Part shown: piece by piece, positions 25,805 to 40,939 of the stretch
How the letters are laid out: each line of letters starts with the position of its first letter
How positions within the stretch are numbered: the first letter of the stretch is position 1
From: Chrysomallon squamiferum
Lineage: Eukaryota > Animalia > Mollusca
Direction of reading: 5' to 3'
NCBI GenBank assembly: GCA_012295275.1
Contig: CM022676.1
Coordinates: 7,378,001-7,442,000 of the forward strand
Length of the DNA: 64,000 nucleotides
Position numbers and translations under genes: made by a program
The notes under the pieces: generated by a model
Seen by the model: the letters and a program-made list of their open reading frames with translations, nothing else
What the model was told of the DNA's origin: nothing
Database searches by the model: none

Positions 25805-28289
25805 GTTACAAAAATTATGAAAAAATGACAGCAGACAAAGATGATATGAAATTGTTTCTTTTACTTGATGTCATGCCGAATAAATAAATAGAAGATTAAT
25901 TATCTGAAAACAGATTTTCCATTTTCTGCATAGTTATATGCAAGAGTCACGACCCATGTGCAAGTGTCAGATCTCAGACAATCGCACCCACATTCACTTC
26001 TATTCTGCCACTTTCAGAAGGACGTTTACAGATACTTTAGCCTTTAACCTTTGTTTTCATTCTATATATGCTATATTAAAATACCACTAAACAAAAGCAT
26101 ACTTAAGCATTTTCTTTAATTTTTCTTTGTTTACCTACCTTACTATCTCGTACTGCTAAATAAAGATATTTTAGGAGTGACATCATATAGATACATTACG
26201 TCATAACAAACGAAACGAAGAAAACCTCCTTGTTCTTAGGAACATGGACCAATGGTTTTTGAATAATAAAAATAGGAGACTCATTGTTTGATAATATAAT
26301 AGTATATGTTTTAGAATTTGAAGAGTGAAAATTTAATTAATAGCTAATTTTTTTATACGGCCGGTTGACTGACCTTTATATATATATATATATATATTTG
26401 AATGTTCTGTTGTAAAACTGCATCAAGCGTTATGATGAAGGCAATCATTCAAATAACACGTGGTCAATTTGCATTTTACATGTAATACAGCCTTTAATGA
26501 TTTGAAAATGGAAATAAATATTATAAAAAAGAAAAGAAAAAAGAACTATAATGGTTTCAAGTATCCTTTTACAACTGCGCACTCAGAACTGTCTGCTATG
26601 GAGTTTTAACAGAGTAACATGTCCACATTATGGTACCTAATGAGAATAGTCATCTTCATATTCACGCGCCGGTGTCTGTGAAAATTAGTATTATTATTAT
26701 TTAGCTGGGGACGTCGTAATCATATCTGAAAAAAATATATAGTACGAAACGTGTACGAGATAGTATGACGTCAAAGTTACACACCCCCCGAAAAACAAAA
26801 AAGGTTTCGTCCTATTCAGCAATTTCTACTCAATAACAGACATCATGTATACGAGGCATTGATTAAATGACATATTTCCCCAAATTACTTTTAATAATCC
26901 ATCTAGAATTAATTGCATTATGAAGGAATACGTATTTAAAAATTTGTAAACACTGATCGGCGTTCAACGCAGCCATCTTGGATTTCAATCGGAAGTTTTC
27001 GTGAGCTCACGGAAATTTGTAAACTTCCAAATTCAACTATTTTACGACAGTTTTCTGAACTTTATATGATTTACATTGATAAAAATAAGGATAGTTGTTC
27101 GCATTAAGAAACCATGATGTCGCGCGCCTTTCGGAACTACTTTTTCAACTTAATCTTACTTTTCAAACTGGATTATTTTGTGCATATAATAAAATGAAAT
27201 TATAATTCTGTAAAAGATTAATGTATTAACTTTTGCAGTTGTCAATGTTCTCGCTGTCAGAACACAGTAGAAAAGAACATTTAGGTGTTGTTTGTACCCA
27301 CTAAATCTGCGAAATTTCTGGAGGCTTTTTTCCGTGACGTAACTTTATTAAATGTAGTACGAATCTGAAACAGGTGTTTTATGCAAGTTTTGGATTATTC
27401 AAAATTTTCATAGACTCCTTTTCACGTTTGGACACTTTCCACAACATCAGATGAGCAATAAATCAAGATATTGAATCTGAATTATTCAAATTAATCGTGT
27501 ATTTGGAATTTTCTCTTATTTATTTTACTGTTGGGTTTTCATGGGTTTTTTTCTCAGGAACCTACACAATTCGAAACAATGAGCTGTTCACCCTGGAAAA
27601 TCTTTCATTGCCCTTCAGTGTCTCAGTGACAGGCAACTGTGTTTATCCTGAGCCAAAATGTGTCTCGATGTACAGAGTAAGTTCTGCCTCGTGAGATAAA
27701 AACCTCTACTACTACTACTACTTCTACTACTGCTACTTTAACTACTACTACTGAAATCCCTCTCCTACTCCTACTCTTATTGTTACTGCTGCTCCTACTG
27801 CTAGTAAAACTAGTACTCCTAATACACCTACTAACTACTACTATTATTATTCTGTCAGTTCTATATACATTCTGAATACTTCAATTTATGTATGTGTATG
27901 TGTATGTATGTGTGTATGTATATGTGTATGTATGTAGTTGTTACTGAGATTAATCATATTTGTGATTTTAATGTAAATACGTTAATTTTTCGTAATGAAT
28001 TTTAACAGTTACAATCACAGTTCACACAATGTTAATGAATGATAGAAATTCGCCATTAGAAACTCATTAAAATGTTTATAACTTTTCCCACAGGTAATTC
28101 TTTACACAGTTCAAATTGTATGTGAATCTGGAAACTGAATGTATGTAGTCTTTGTATTTTAATAAAAAAAACATTAAACAGCTTAATTTTTCATGAAAGT
28201 GGCTTATGAAGTGTATAATTAACAAATAGTACTTGTTTTCTGCTTTATCATTCATGGAGATCAGTTCATTTACTATCAAACTTTATGAG

Positions 28290-29585
28290 TCATACAGCTG
28301 TTTCTACTAGAGAATAATTCTCTGTATCTTGATGTAAAGCCGCTGTCTCAGTCTGATTATCTGAAACATAGAATGAAATTATATTTTCGTCTATATGAAT
28401 ATTATTATGAGATATGTATTTAAAAGAAAATTACAAATATATTTGGTTTCTTCTTTATCATTCATTAATATCAATTAACTTACTATCAAACATTAAGACC
28501 TGATATGGGACGTCATATTCTCTTTCCTCAAGAGAAGAATATGGATTCTCTGTATCTTCATGTACAGCCGCTGGTGCAGTCTGATTATCTGAAACATGGA
28601 ATGAAATTTTGTACAAAAATTGTGATGTGCGGAGAAAACAATAATCGCATTAATATGTGTGTGTGTATGTGTGTGTGTGTGTGTGTGAGTGAGTGCAAGT
28701 ACAAACATACATATATACAAACATACACAGATACATATAATTCAAAAAGTCAATATGTTTAAGTATATATTTTTACATATACGTTGTATGTCGCTCTATG
28801 AGTATCTATCTATCTACTTATCCATCTTTCTATCTGTCTATCTATCTATCAGTCTATCTATCTATATACAGGTAAAAATCGATATGTAAGTGTGTATATA
28901 TGTATTGGTGCACATAGTATACATGTGTGTGTATGTATAAATATATGTGTACCTCTGTTAATGTATGCATATCTGTATGTATACATTTATGTATGTTTGT
29001 GTATTTTAGAATTTAATATTTTCTATCTTATTAGATTAGACTCTGCACATTGAAAAATATTCAGTAATCACGACCTCACAAGCCGCTTACGAGACTCGAA
29101 CGTATGATACCCATTCACCCGCACTCCGAAGGCGGACGACATTGTGTGTATGTGTGTGTATATGTGTATGTGCCTGTGTGCGGGTGTGTGCGCGTGAACT
29201 TACCAGAAACGAGAGAAATGCTGTAGAAAACATGCTGATTTGTGCTGATTCTGAAATTTCAAAAGTGAATTACATATACATTGATGCAATAATCAGAGGA
29301 CGAACAAAAGAATGCAAACACACATACGTATATACATACCATACACTCATACATACACACACACACATACACACACACACATATATATATTACATTCATA
29401 CATGCATATTGCAAACAATAAACCAATATATAAACGCACAAACATAAATATATATAAATAAACACATAGAGACATAGATACAGACGTGCATACGTACATA
29501 AACTGATGAATATATTTTACAGAAAAGTAATAAAATATACAATGTAATTTACCTTTGTTGGTTTGAAGTTGGCCTCTTTTGTCCT

Positions 29586-29678
<93 letters not shown>

Positions 29679-31245
29679 TTAATAATAAATAACAAAATTT
29701 TTTACTTTAGTATCTCAGGTGGCTGAAATACACAGTTAGTCGAGGTAATTACGTAAATTAGACTTGATTTATCTCCCCTTTAATCTATTGGTAAATGAAT
29801 TAAAATACATAATGAAATAAAGAGAAGATAAAAACAATGAAATATGAAAATAAGAAAGAAACAAACAAATTAATGAAACAATGAAAGAAAAATACATGAA
29901 TGAAAAAATAAATAAAAATAAAAAGTAAATAAAATTAAGATAAAACAAAGCAAGCAAGCAAACAACCAACCAACAAACAGATAAATAAACAAATAAATAA
30001 ATAACATATAAATAATTACTTCTTATATATCGGAGGTAGAGAACAATGACAATGATTAAGATAAGAGACAGAACAAGGAAACTTCCAAAACCGCTGCCAA
30101 ATCCTTTTCCAAACTGACTGCTGTCTTCTACAGCACCTGAAAATACATTAATAAAAATAAAATTGAGTTATTAAATTAAATATATTATTTTATATGTCTG
30201 TGTGTCTTTATTTCACACTTTATCCATCGCTATTGTCCTTCAACCATTCTGATTTTATACACATCTCTTTTTTTCTTTCTATAATTCTGAATTTATCTGT
30301 TACTCTGTCGTTGTCTGATTGGTTTTTCTTTCATTGTTTACATCACTGTAGCCATACATCCATCCATCCATCCACAAACTCACTGCCTATATCTGTCAAT
30401 ACATAATTAAGTATGTAAGAACGTACATGTGCATATATATGTATAGGTATACACATACATACATACATATACATACACATACATGTATACGGTCGTACGT
30501 ACAGAGAACAGGCAGGAAAAAGAATAACATACATTCCTGAACACTTACGTGCATACACAAATGTATTCATACATACACACACACATACACACAGACTCAC
30601 ATATATACGTATATCTGTCTACTTAGTTATCTCTATATATGTATATCTGTCTATTTCTGTCTATTTATAGATCTATCTTTCTATCTATCTCCTTCAATCT
30701 ATCTTCCTGTTTTTTATTTTTATATAAACGTTTTATGATCTGTATTCAAGATTAAATGGACAATAAAATAAATTAAAACTTACACTTAACATTAACAATA
30801 ATTTGTTTATGTGCTGTTTGGTTCGTATCCGGATTAACAGCAGTGCATGTGTAGACGCCATCTTGAAATCTCGTGATACTAGTCAGTGCCAGTAGTCCGT
30901 TCTTACTGATAGTCTGATTATTCCATTCCCATTTGTAATGACATCTGATAAAGCAGTCGGCTTTGCATGATAGTATGACGTCAGTTCCTTCCTCTACAGT
31001 GATGTCAGATGAAGAATTGACTCGAAGTGAGTTATTGGGACCGTCTGTAAAAATAAAATAAAATAAAACACGTAAATAAAAATAAAATAAAAGCTAAAGA
31101 GTTTTTATTATGAACATGATCCTGTTTATCACAATCATAGTCATCATTGTTACTGTAATAACTGTTTGTACCGTTGTTGTTGTCGTCGTTATTATTATTA
31201 TTATTATAATTTTTATTATGAAGAAGATGATGATGATGGTGATAT

Positions 31246-31278
<33 letters not shown>

Positions 31279-32374
31279 CACAACTACTACTAAAGTAATT
31301 TGAACTAAATCGAATTAAAATACCTCTAACTTTAAAGACGATTGTGTTGCTCGAATATCGGTGATCGGTATCTTCACATCGCCAAACATTTCCTTCTTGA
31401 TTTCTGTTGACAGACGTTATAGTAACTTTAAACTTGTTACGGAAACATTGGAAACTGTAATTTTCACTAAAATGTGACGTATCATGACAGTGTCCAGACC
31501 CAGAATTTAACACGTCATAGGTGACGTCATTCTCAAACCATGTGACGCGATGTGAATTTTCAAAAATTTCACACGTGAACGTAAAAGAATGTCCACTCAC
31601 AGCGTATGGCGCGGATCCACGAAGTTCTGGCGGATCAGAAAGTAAACAGTAAACAGTAAACAAAACAAGAGCGCGCCGCCACGCACACAATTAGGCACGC
31701 AAACTTAAATATACACATAATGTAATCTGCAGCACAACAAGGTGACACCGATCTTAACTGGATGTTCGAGCGTAAAAGATTATGACTGGTTGTCTGACAT
31801 TTTAAACACACACATCTAACAAATATTCACGTGTCTATTTATTTTATAATTTTTATTTTTACTATAATTATTTTTTACTTACGATGTACAATCAAATGAA
31901 GTGTTTTAATGACAGATACGTTCGTATCTGGATTTTCAGCTGTACATACATAGAGACCTGATTGTGATCTGTTAATATTAGCCAATGAGAGAATACTCGT
32001 GTTACTTATGACGTCATCTACGACCTTCCACTGATAATTACACATGATGAAACACGTCGCCGAACAAGCCACTGTGACGTCACTTCCTTCCATAGCAGTC
32101 AAAATAGACGAAGTGTTCAGCTTGAGTGATGTTTCAGGACCATCTAAAAAAGAAAGACGTTGTCAACATCGACATCATTATCATCGCCAGCATTATTATT
32201 ATCATCGTCATAGTTTTGGGGGTTAATCACATTGTTAGTTATGTATGATGTCGTTGAAGTGATGCTGGTGAAGTAGTGTTTGAGTTGTTGATATTCATAT
32301 CATAATTAATATTACTATCACTACTATTTATTTATTTATTATTTATTATATTTGTTATGATATTTGCTGATTTA

Positions 32375-32470
<96 letters not shown>

Positions 32471-35413
32471 AAATAAAAATAAAGATGTTGCTAATCTTGA
32501 TATGTATCATTTTAGAAATATATCTTCATGTAAGTTAGTGCATACGTACGCAGGGGTGGACAATTATTTTTTCCATGGGGCCACACGAGAATCAGAAAAT
32601 ATTGTGGAGGGCCGGGCCAAAACGGTTAACTCTGCATAATATTAATTGTATATCTTTATAAAGAAGAGTAAATAGCATTGTTTTGACAAGCTGGTAAGCT
32701 TTCTAAAGACATCACAATATTGTCTTTGTACTCCAAATATTAAGCAAGAAAAAGGCCTCCAAAGAAAGTGTTCATGATGACTGCTAGTTGATGCCATTAC
32801 ATGCCTACATTTGCAGACTAACCACCTCATTTGGTATTTTTCATTTCTTTTTTCTTGTCCAGTGAGAGAAATCTAGTCTCCGTTGGGCTTTAACAAGTGG
32901 ATCAAAGTCAGGTTGAATGGCTGAGTGGAGATGCAAAGCAAAGCTGAAGATATCATCAGTGAGAGAGGATCTATACCTGGATTTGGTTAACTTCATCACT
33001 GAGAATGTTTGTTCACATAAATAGGGAGAGCCAAAGATAACCAACATCTTCCTTGAGAGAAAAGTAAAAATCCAGCAGTGATTCTGCCTTAAAGTGCTCT
33101 GCCATTAGGGCATGAGACTGCAGGTCAGCGAGTTCCAGCTGCATTATCCACAATGCAGGTGAAGGGGGAGGAAATCAAGTGCATTTTATCCTCGATTGTT
33201 CTGAGATCTTCAAATCGCCTTGAAAACTCACTATGAGTAGCTGCGGAAGTGATTAGCTGATAGTGTGACTTCCTTCAGGGTTTGCAAGTGAGTGAGAATG
33301 TTGCTCTCCAGTTGGCTTGATAGAAACTGCATGTTTCTCATGAAAGTAAGATTTGAACATCCGTCCGTTGTGACATCTACCAGTCTGTACTATTTCGGTC
33401 TCAGCGTATCCGTGCAGGCATTTACCTCCGTGAACAGATCGCTCTCAGATTCCCCACAATGTGCTCGATCCTTCTCATCACGGTTCGCCTGGACAGCGGG
33501 ACTTGCTGAAATGCTTTATTTTTTTTCCGGGCATATTAGTGAGATATCACAAAACTAGTCTTGGTTGCTGCATCCCCGGATGTGTGAAGCTTGGTAAAAA
33601 AAACATTGCTGCTTTTGTAGGTTAGCTAGCAAAGCTTCTGATGTCCGCGCCCTTTCAGCATCATTCAAGTTTTTGTATTTTTCCACGTGTTTCGTCTCGT
33701 AATGCCGACTTATATTGTAATCCTTAAACATGGCGATCTGTTCTCCTCAAATTAAACACACGGCTTTACCTCCGACTTCAGTAAATAAATACTTAGCGGT
33801 CCATTTTTGGTTGAAAACTCTACATTCAGCATCTACCTTTCTTTTTATAGCATGAGGACTAAAGTCGTATTGCGACCTGCTTCAATCACGCTCACGTCTT
33901 TATGTACGTATTGCGTCATTTTGCACGTGAATAAAAGCAATTCTCAGTTAACCTGACACGGTTAATTCAGAGTCAACCAAAGGGCCGTAAATTGCCTACG
34001 TCTGTGTTTAAAGCATATAATTATGCTGGACATTCTTTCACATAAAAATATAAACCTACTTAAATGCTAAAATGTGTCAATAATTCTTATCATCTGCAAT
34101 TATAATCTATTAAATTAAAGGTTTTTAACCTCTGATTTCAAATAATATTTTGTTTTATTGAGATGTTTTGCTTAGTGATCATTAACGGTGCATATTTCCT
34201 AGAAAGATAATTATAAAAATGGAACCGATAATACATCTACATCCAGTTTTGCTTTGTTTTATTGAGATGTATTGTTTAGTTATCAGTAGCAATACATATT
34301 TCCTAGAATGGTAATTATGAACATAACACCTCTGAGTTATAGTACTGACCAGTTTTATTGAGTTTATTGTTTAATTATCATTAACACTATGTATTTCCTA
34401 GAATGTTAATAATAAAATTGATTTTTACCTCTCACTTCCAGGTTTATTTCATTGCTGCGTGGTCTGTAATCACCACATCTCCACACTGTTCCTTGTTGAC
34501 TGAGTTTGATAGATTTTACTATGAGGAGATTTGTGTCATCTGAACAGTGAAAACTGTATACTTTTGGATATTCATCCAAATAATAACACTGAGTATAGTT
34601 TTCTAATACACGAATCCTGTATTTTGTGTTATTCACGAACCAGGTAATGGTAGGAGAAGGAAAATCACTCTGACAGGTGAAAGTAAAAAGTGATCCAACA
34701 AGTGCATATCTGCCTGATGTTAATCTATACTGTTGACCTTAAATAGAAGAAACAAATTTAAAAAAATTAATTAAAATTACAATTAAAATAAATTAATCTA
34801 AACAAAGGATTTTTTTTCGTAATTACATGTTTTCTATGTTACAGTATGCTGTTTAATGGACTGATATTACGCAGTGACGTTATGTTATGTTATGTTGACT
34901 TATATTACACTACATCCTATTATATCATATCGTATCATATTGTACTATTTTCTATAGTAGTATATTATATTGTACGACATTATTTTATATTATCAAAACT
35001 GCTTTTCATTCTCGTTTAATATATATGTTTTGCGCCAAAATAAGAAACTGCTGATGTTTAGTATATAGATAAATATATACGTAATTATGAATTCACTGTA
35101 TTAATGTGTACTGCGTTATCATATAATTCACTGTATTAATGTGTACTGCCTTATCGTGAATTCACTGTATTAATATGTACTGCGTTATCATGAATTCACT
35201 GTATTAATGGGTACAATGTCTACTCATATTTATTCAAGAAATTAGGACTATTTATCCATAACCATCGTCGATACATAACACCAACTCCACCCAGATTTCA
35301 CAGTTACTAAATGAGATTAACTTAGAGATAAATAATCTGAATATAAAATACATACCTTGTACGTACAATACACATCCCAGTAACACGAACACACAAAATA
35401 ACTTACAACTCAT
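28290..35413 (-). CDS. Receptor C: leader-V-C-V-C-TM IgSF receptor, ~520 aa, one ITAM and an ETAV C-terminus
   Basis: Exons 35413-35356, 34737-34429, 32143-31883, 31626(31635)-31324, 31044-30784, 30136-30020 (TM), 29583-29553, 29250-29204, 28588-28484 (ENPYSSLEEREYDVPYQVL) and 28360-28290 (ENYSLVETAV*). Open frame. The 3' flank is homologous to the 3' flank of A. Confidence 0.88.
32551..34004 (-). mobile_element. Internally deleted hAT DNA transposon (SPIN/Charlie/GTF2IRD2-like) in intron 2 of C
   Basis: N-terminal KRKVDAECRVFNQKWTAKYLFTEVGGKAVCLI*..NISRHYETKH (BED-type finger) and C-terminal FGSPYLCEQTFSVMKLTKSRYRSSLTD. Imperfect TIRs CAGGGGTGGACAAT / ATTGCCTACGTCTG. Absent from the same intron in B and D. 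No clear TSD. Confidence 0.9.
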
Positions 35414-36330
35414 TTCCAGTATTTTAGTTTTCACTTCCGTTAATAAAATAAAATTATTATTATTATTATTATTATTAGTTTATCTTTTCTTCACTACTTT
35501 TATGTTTTCACTCCTGTTAATATAAAAATAATTTCTTCGCTATCATCTTCTTTTAAATTCTTCCTTGTTTACTTTTCTGTTGCTATGTTACCACGTTTAC
35601 TTCCTGTTTCACAAGTAAAACAGCAGTTTTGCTCTTTGTAAAAATAACATCTGTAATACGCTAGATCCTCTCGACTGACTTCAGCAGTTTGCTGGTACCA
35701 TAAAAAATATTATTTAGTCCCACATTTTCACACTAGAAGAAAAAATCCAAAACCGCTATCATAAAATGACCGACGTGTTTGAATTGACCTAAAAATGAGG
35801 CTACGGACTGCTACTGAACAAGTGACAGCTTTTCAGTGCTGACCAAGGGTAATCATCGCTTCACACGCCATTCACATGCGCTCCGAAGGCGGATGACGTC
35901 AGCGAATATTGTCTACGTGTAGATCTACTCAGACAAGAAGAAAGGTCGCTCATATTCCTTGGTAATCATCCCACGAAGCACGCCGTTCTTTGTCTTTTCT
36001 AATGTTTGCGTGTATCTATTTTGTTTTTGTTTAACCTTTGCACTGGCAAATATGTATTTTCATATTGAATATTCTCCCACGAAGCACGCCGTTCTTTGTC
36101 TTTTATAATGTTTGCGTGTATCTATTTTGTTTTTGTTTAACCTTTGCACTGGCAAATATGTATTTTCATATTGAATATTCTCCCACGAAGCACGCCGTTC
36201 TTTGTCTTTTGTAACTGTTGCGTGTATCTATTTTTTTCTGTCTAAAGTTTGCTCAGTAATCAAGCGCAGTCATCGCCACCCACGAAGCACGCCGTTCTTT
36301 GTCTTTTGTAATTTTTGCGTGCATCTATTT
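35414..36330 (-). promoter_or_regulatory. Putative promoter module of gene C: GGAAGTGAAA, GGAAGT, TGACGTCA and 106-bp tandem repeats
   Basis: GGAAGTGAAA (rc ~35429-35438), CRE 35894-35901, and CCCACGAAGCACGCCGTTCTTTG units at 35970, 36076, 36182 and 36279. Confidence 0.45.
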
Positions 36331-36498
36331 TTTTTTTTTTTTTTTTTTTTTTAGGGTAGGCAATACTCTGCTTATGTTCATTTATTTATTTCATTCTTTA
36401 CCTCACTCTGTCCATCCATCAGTCCATCCAACTCACTGCCTGTGTATTTGTAAATATATAATTGTCTTTGTAACAACGAATGATTGTACACAAACGCG

Positions 36499-36529
<31 letters not shown>

Positions 36530-37096
36530 ATACATAGACATAGAAACATACTTTTACTATGAATTTGAAAACTTATTTATTGAGCGTTGTTCATGCGATA
36601 TCTGTTTTATATTTGCTGAAGAGAAACTTTCTTCTTCGCTTTTTTTTTTTTAAATTCTGTTTTCTTCTACATTTAATTTCTTTTCTCTTTATTATTCCTG
36701 TTATTTATTAATTAATTACAAGTGCACACACATACATATATACACTTATACAAATTGCACATACATTCACACACACAAGTACATACATACGTACATACAT
36801 ACATAAACTTTGAGCTGGAAAACATTTCAGTTAGGTATTCAAAAGTGTTTTTCTGTTTGTGAAATACTCCTAACTATAATTGTAGATCTTTTTATCCGGA
36901 TTTCTGTGAGAAGAAATTCATAGTAATCAGTGAAATAGATCCAAAGTTACACATTTTTTAATATTTAATTTTCGGGTGGTGCTGTCTCAAAATTGCCATT
37001 TTGAAGTCCCGATTTTTAGGAACCTATTCTCTGCAGAGTATATTTAGGTTGATAGGGGAAGCCAGGGTTGGTAAAATCATTTACTTAACTCTAGAT

Positions 37097-37149
<53 letters not shown>

Positions 37150-37188
37150 AAATAAGAAACTATGGATGTATTGAAATACATGTTGATA

Positions 37189-38300
37189 CACTGAACCAAC
37201 TTTATCCAAAAACAAAAGGAAGAATTTGTCCTGTTATGCTGACTCGCCGTCAACGCCAGTCAATGCGTACACGAACTCACCCACTACTTTCGCGTTCATG
37301 ACAGTATCACGACTCCGACAACGTACACCACACTGGGCAAGTGTCAGATCGACCACGTTCCGGTAAACCACGTTTAACTACTCCAAGGGAAGACAGGTAT
37401 TTAGTGACGTCATCTCGACGACACAGGTTCTAGAGTGCTCCACTTTTAGCCCATACTTTGCAGCAAACCACAGACACTAGAATTCATGCTCAAATTGACC
37501 GTAACCATCTCCATGCTGCACGATTCCAAGCACGTCGCCCTGTTGTAGCTCACAGAGCGTCACATTCAAGAACGTCTGAGTTGGGCCAGAAAACAACAAC
37601 ACTGGCGACGCAGACAGTGGGATCAAACATTATTCACAGACGATTCAAGGTTTTGTTTTCACTTTGATGGTAGACGTCATGTATGGAGGAGACGAGGAGA
37701 ACGATATGATGCAGACAACGTCTTTCAACATGACCGACAAGGCGGTGACAGCGTCATGGCCTGGACCGGCATTCATACTGAAGATAAAACAGATCTCGTC
37801 TTCATTCACGGAAACATGACTGTTCAACGTTACAGTGACGGGATCATTACACCAGTGGTCATTCCATTCCTGCAGCAGCATCGTGACTTTCTGTTTCAAC
37901 ATCACAACGCTGGACCACACACCGCTAGGCTAACCACTAACCTTCTTGAGCGGAACGAGATCCAAGTGTTGAACTGACCACCAAAGTCCCCTGACTTGTC
38001 CCCAACTGAGCATGCATGAGGTCTACTGGGCCATAGGGTACGCAAAAACAATCCTCATATCCTTAATGTCCATGACCTACACATTGCTCTGAACCGGGAA
38101 TGGAACGCAGTTGCTGTTTCTGAGATTGATGCTCTCATTAGAAGCATGAGACGACGATGTACTGCTGTCGTCAGTGCCACAGGTGCACACAGTTATTGAG
38201 CCCCTCACACCATTTTGGTAGACGCACCTCTCCATTTCATCAGTTGACATTAAAGTAACGACGTTGAGCCACCGTGACAACGTCTTACTGTCAGCAACAT
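37189..38300 (+). mobile_element. Degenerate near-full-length Tc1 element
   Basis: Begins TA-CACTGAAC. Fragments DGRRHVWRRRGERY, GGDSVMAWTGI, FLFQHHNAGPHTAR and PKSPDLSPTEHA, with frameshifts and stops. Confidence 0.9.
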
Positions 38301-38658
38301 ATGCATTAATATATATAGATTATATATATATTGTAGTGAGTAGTGGGACAAACTGGTTGCAAAATAAAACATACAAAATAAAACATAAACTGTAAACACT
38401 TTAATTAGATACTCAAAATCACTTTTCTTTTTGTGAAATACTCCAAGCTATAAGTGTACGTGTTTTTGTTCTGATTTCAGTGATAAGTAATTAGTCAAAT
38501 TGTTATACATTTTTTGATATTTAACTTTTAGAGGCTGTTGTTTCAAAATTGCCAGTTTGACGAAATCCCGGTTTTTGAGGGCCCATTCCAAAGTTATTAT
38601 TATTATAATTTTTTTTCATCTCTTTGCTGAGTTGGTAAAACCATTAACTTACGGCTAG

Positions 38659-38718
<60 letters not shown>

Positions 38719-39860
38719 GTAGTAGTAGCAGTAATAATAGTAGTAGTAATAGTATTAGTTTTAGTAGTAGTAGTAGTACTAGTAGTAATGATGATATTAA
38801 AATAGTAAAGAAATAAAATAAATAAATAAAATATTTGAATGTTCATAACTTCACTTGTACTATAAAAAACATAAATCTTTGAATTTTTAGTATACATATT
38901 TTTTGTACCAAATCAGACAGAATGAAGAGATGTAGATGATAAACTACATTTAGAAGGAATAAATTAGAAAATCTGAATCGTTACTTTTAGGGGATGATCA
39001 GGTAAATATAACACTGCGTAGAGTAAGGAGACAGTTCTCGAGCCTGACTGAATGTAATTTCGCATACACAGACATAAGAATGTGTTTCTATTGCTGTACC
39101 GATGTGTGTGAGTGTGTGTGTGTGTGTGTGTAAATAAATACACCCACTCAGACACACATATAAGTTAAAAAGTCAATATGCTTAAGTGTATCTTTTTACA
39201 TATACATTATCTCTACCTGTATATATATATCTATCTATATAGATATCTGTCCATCTATCTGTCTATTTATATAGATATCTATCTAAATGTCTATCAATCA
39301 TCTATATACATACACAGACGTAAGAATGTGTTTCTATAGCTATATGTACCGATGTGTGAATGTACATGTGTTTGTGTATATATATATGTATGTATGTATG
39401 TATTTAATTTTATTTCTAGAGATTCGAGTTGACTTAAAGTTGACCATTGTAATGTATATTACATTGTGCTTTCGTCCTTTGGCCACATATTTATTACTTT
39501 GCTACCATATTTTATTTACATAGATAAAACATTTAAAAACTTTATACAAAAAACGTTCAGAGATGTATAAAAATACATTTCCACAACAAAATAATATAAT
39601 TAATATATATTTAAAACTTTCAGAAACTATTTGAAAAATATCCGTTCTCAAAACTATAAAATAGATAATATTGTAACATTTAATAAAATACACTTGAAGA
39701 AAAAATTCATTTGAAAAAATTCATTTGAAAAAACAATACATTTCAAATGCTATTTAGAAGGTATCGAAATCTGTAAAAACGCAACATTTCATTAAAAAAA
39801 AATATAATAATAAAAATAAAAGTAAATAAATAAATAAATAAATAATAATTCAAAAGAGAG

Positions 39861-39927
<67 letters not shown>

Positions 39928-40939
39928 ATACATGTATGTATGTCTATGTATGTGTTTATATGTATGCAGAAATGAGCGTATGTATGTACATTTCTAGGAA
40001 TGTACGTTATTGTTTACGCTGTCTATACGTACGTACGTATGTATGTATTTATTTATTCATTTATGTATGTACGTATTTATATATATATATATAATTAATG
40101 TGTTTATATCTATGTATATGCATAGTATGAATATATATACAGAGATACGTTGTTACATACGTAATTATATGTTTACACATACTAAGGCAGTGAGCTGGTG
40201 AATGGATGGATGGACGGATATATGAACACAAAAATATAAAGAATATAAGAAAAATCAGACAGAGAAACAGAAAAATACAGATTTATAGAAAGAAAAGAAA
40301 AGAGGAGAGGTGTGTAAAATGAGAATGGTTGAAGTACAAAAATCGATGTAGAAAGTGTTAAATGAAGAAGACACACACAAACAGACGAACATATTTAGAA
40401 GACAAAAATTAAAACTTTATTTTAGAGTAAGAAGCAAAATTCTAAAATATAACAGATAAATGGAAAATTTGTTTCCCTCTCTCCAAGAAAAATATTCACA
40501 GAATAGCGGACACACAAACAAACCTGCTATATGATAAAGTTAGGTAATATAATTAACAAAACATAGTACACTCTAGTTTAGTAGTTACATCTGTTTCCTT
40601 TTCCTATTTCCTGTTCTAACTGCATGCTCAATATTCGTTTAACACATTTTATATCACTTTAACCAGACACTAATGAACAAACAATTTGGATTTTTTTTTT
40701 TTCTTAATAATTTCTCTTGATAATATGTAAAATCAACAATTTACATCTGTACATTTGTAGCAATAAGAAAACGCGGATAAAGAAAAAGAAAAGATTACTA
40801 AAAACTTCTTAGTAAAAAGAGGTAAGTTTAGTAAAAGTTATATTTTAGTAATGCATTAACAGTTCAGGACATGGCAAAAAAAAAAAGAAGAAAACAACAA
40901 CAACAACAACAAAAAAAACAAAACAAACCCGAAAAAAAC

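Noticed and set aside
26560-27700. Higher-complexity spacer between B and C with GCCATCTTG and TGACGT motifs
   Set aside because: No convincing ORF, splice pattern or terminal repeats. Possibly an old transposon, but I cannot support a call.
36790-38660. Diverged ~280-bp direct repeats (36840-37100 and 38420-38660) flanking the Tc1 relic, LTR-like
   Set aside because: No TG..CA ends, PBS or retroviral ORF, and the interior is Tc1. More likely a local duplication.
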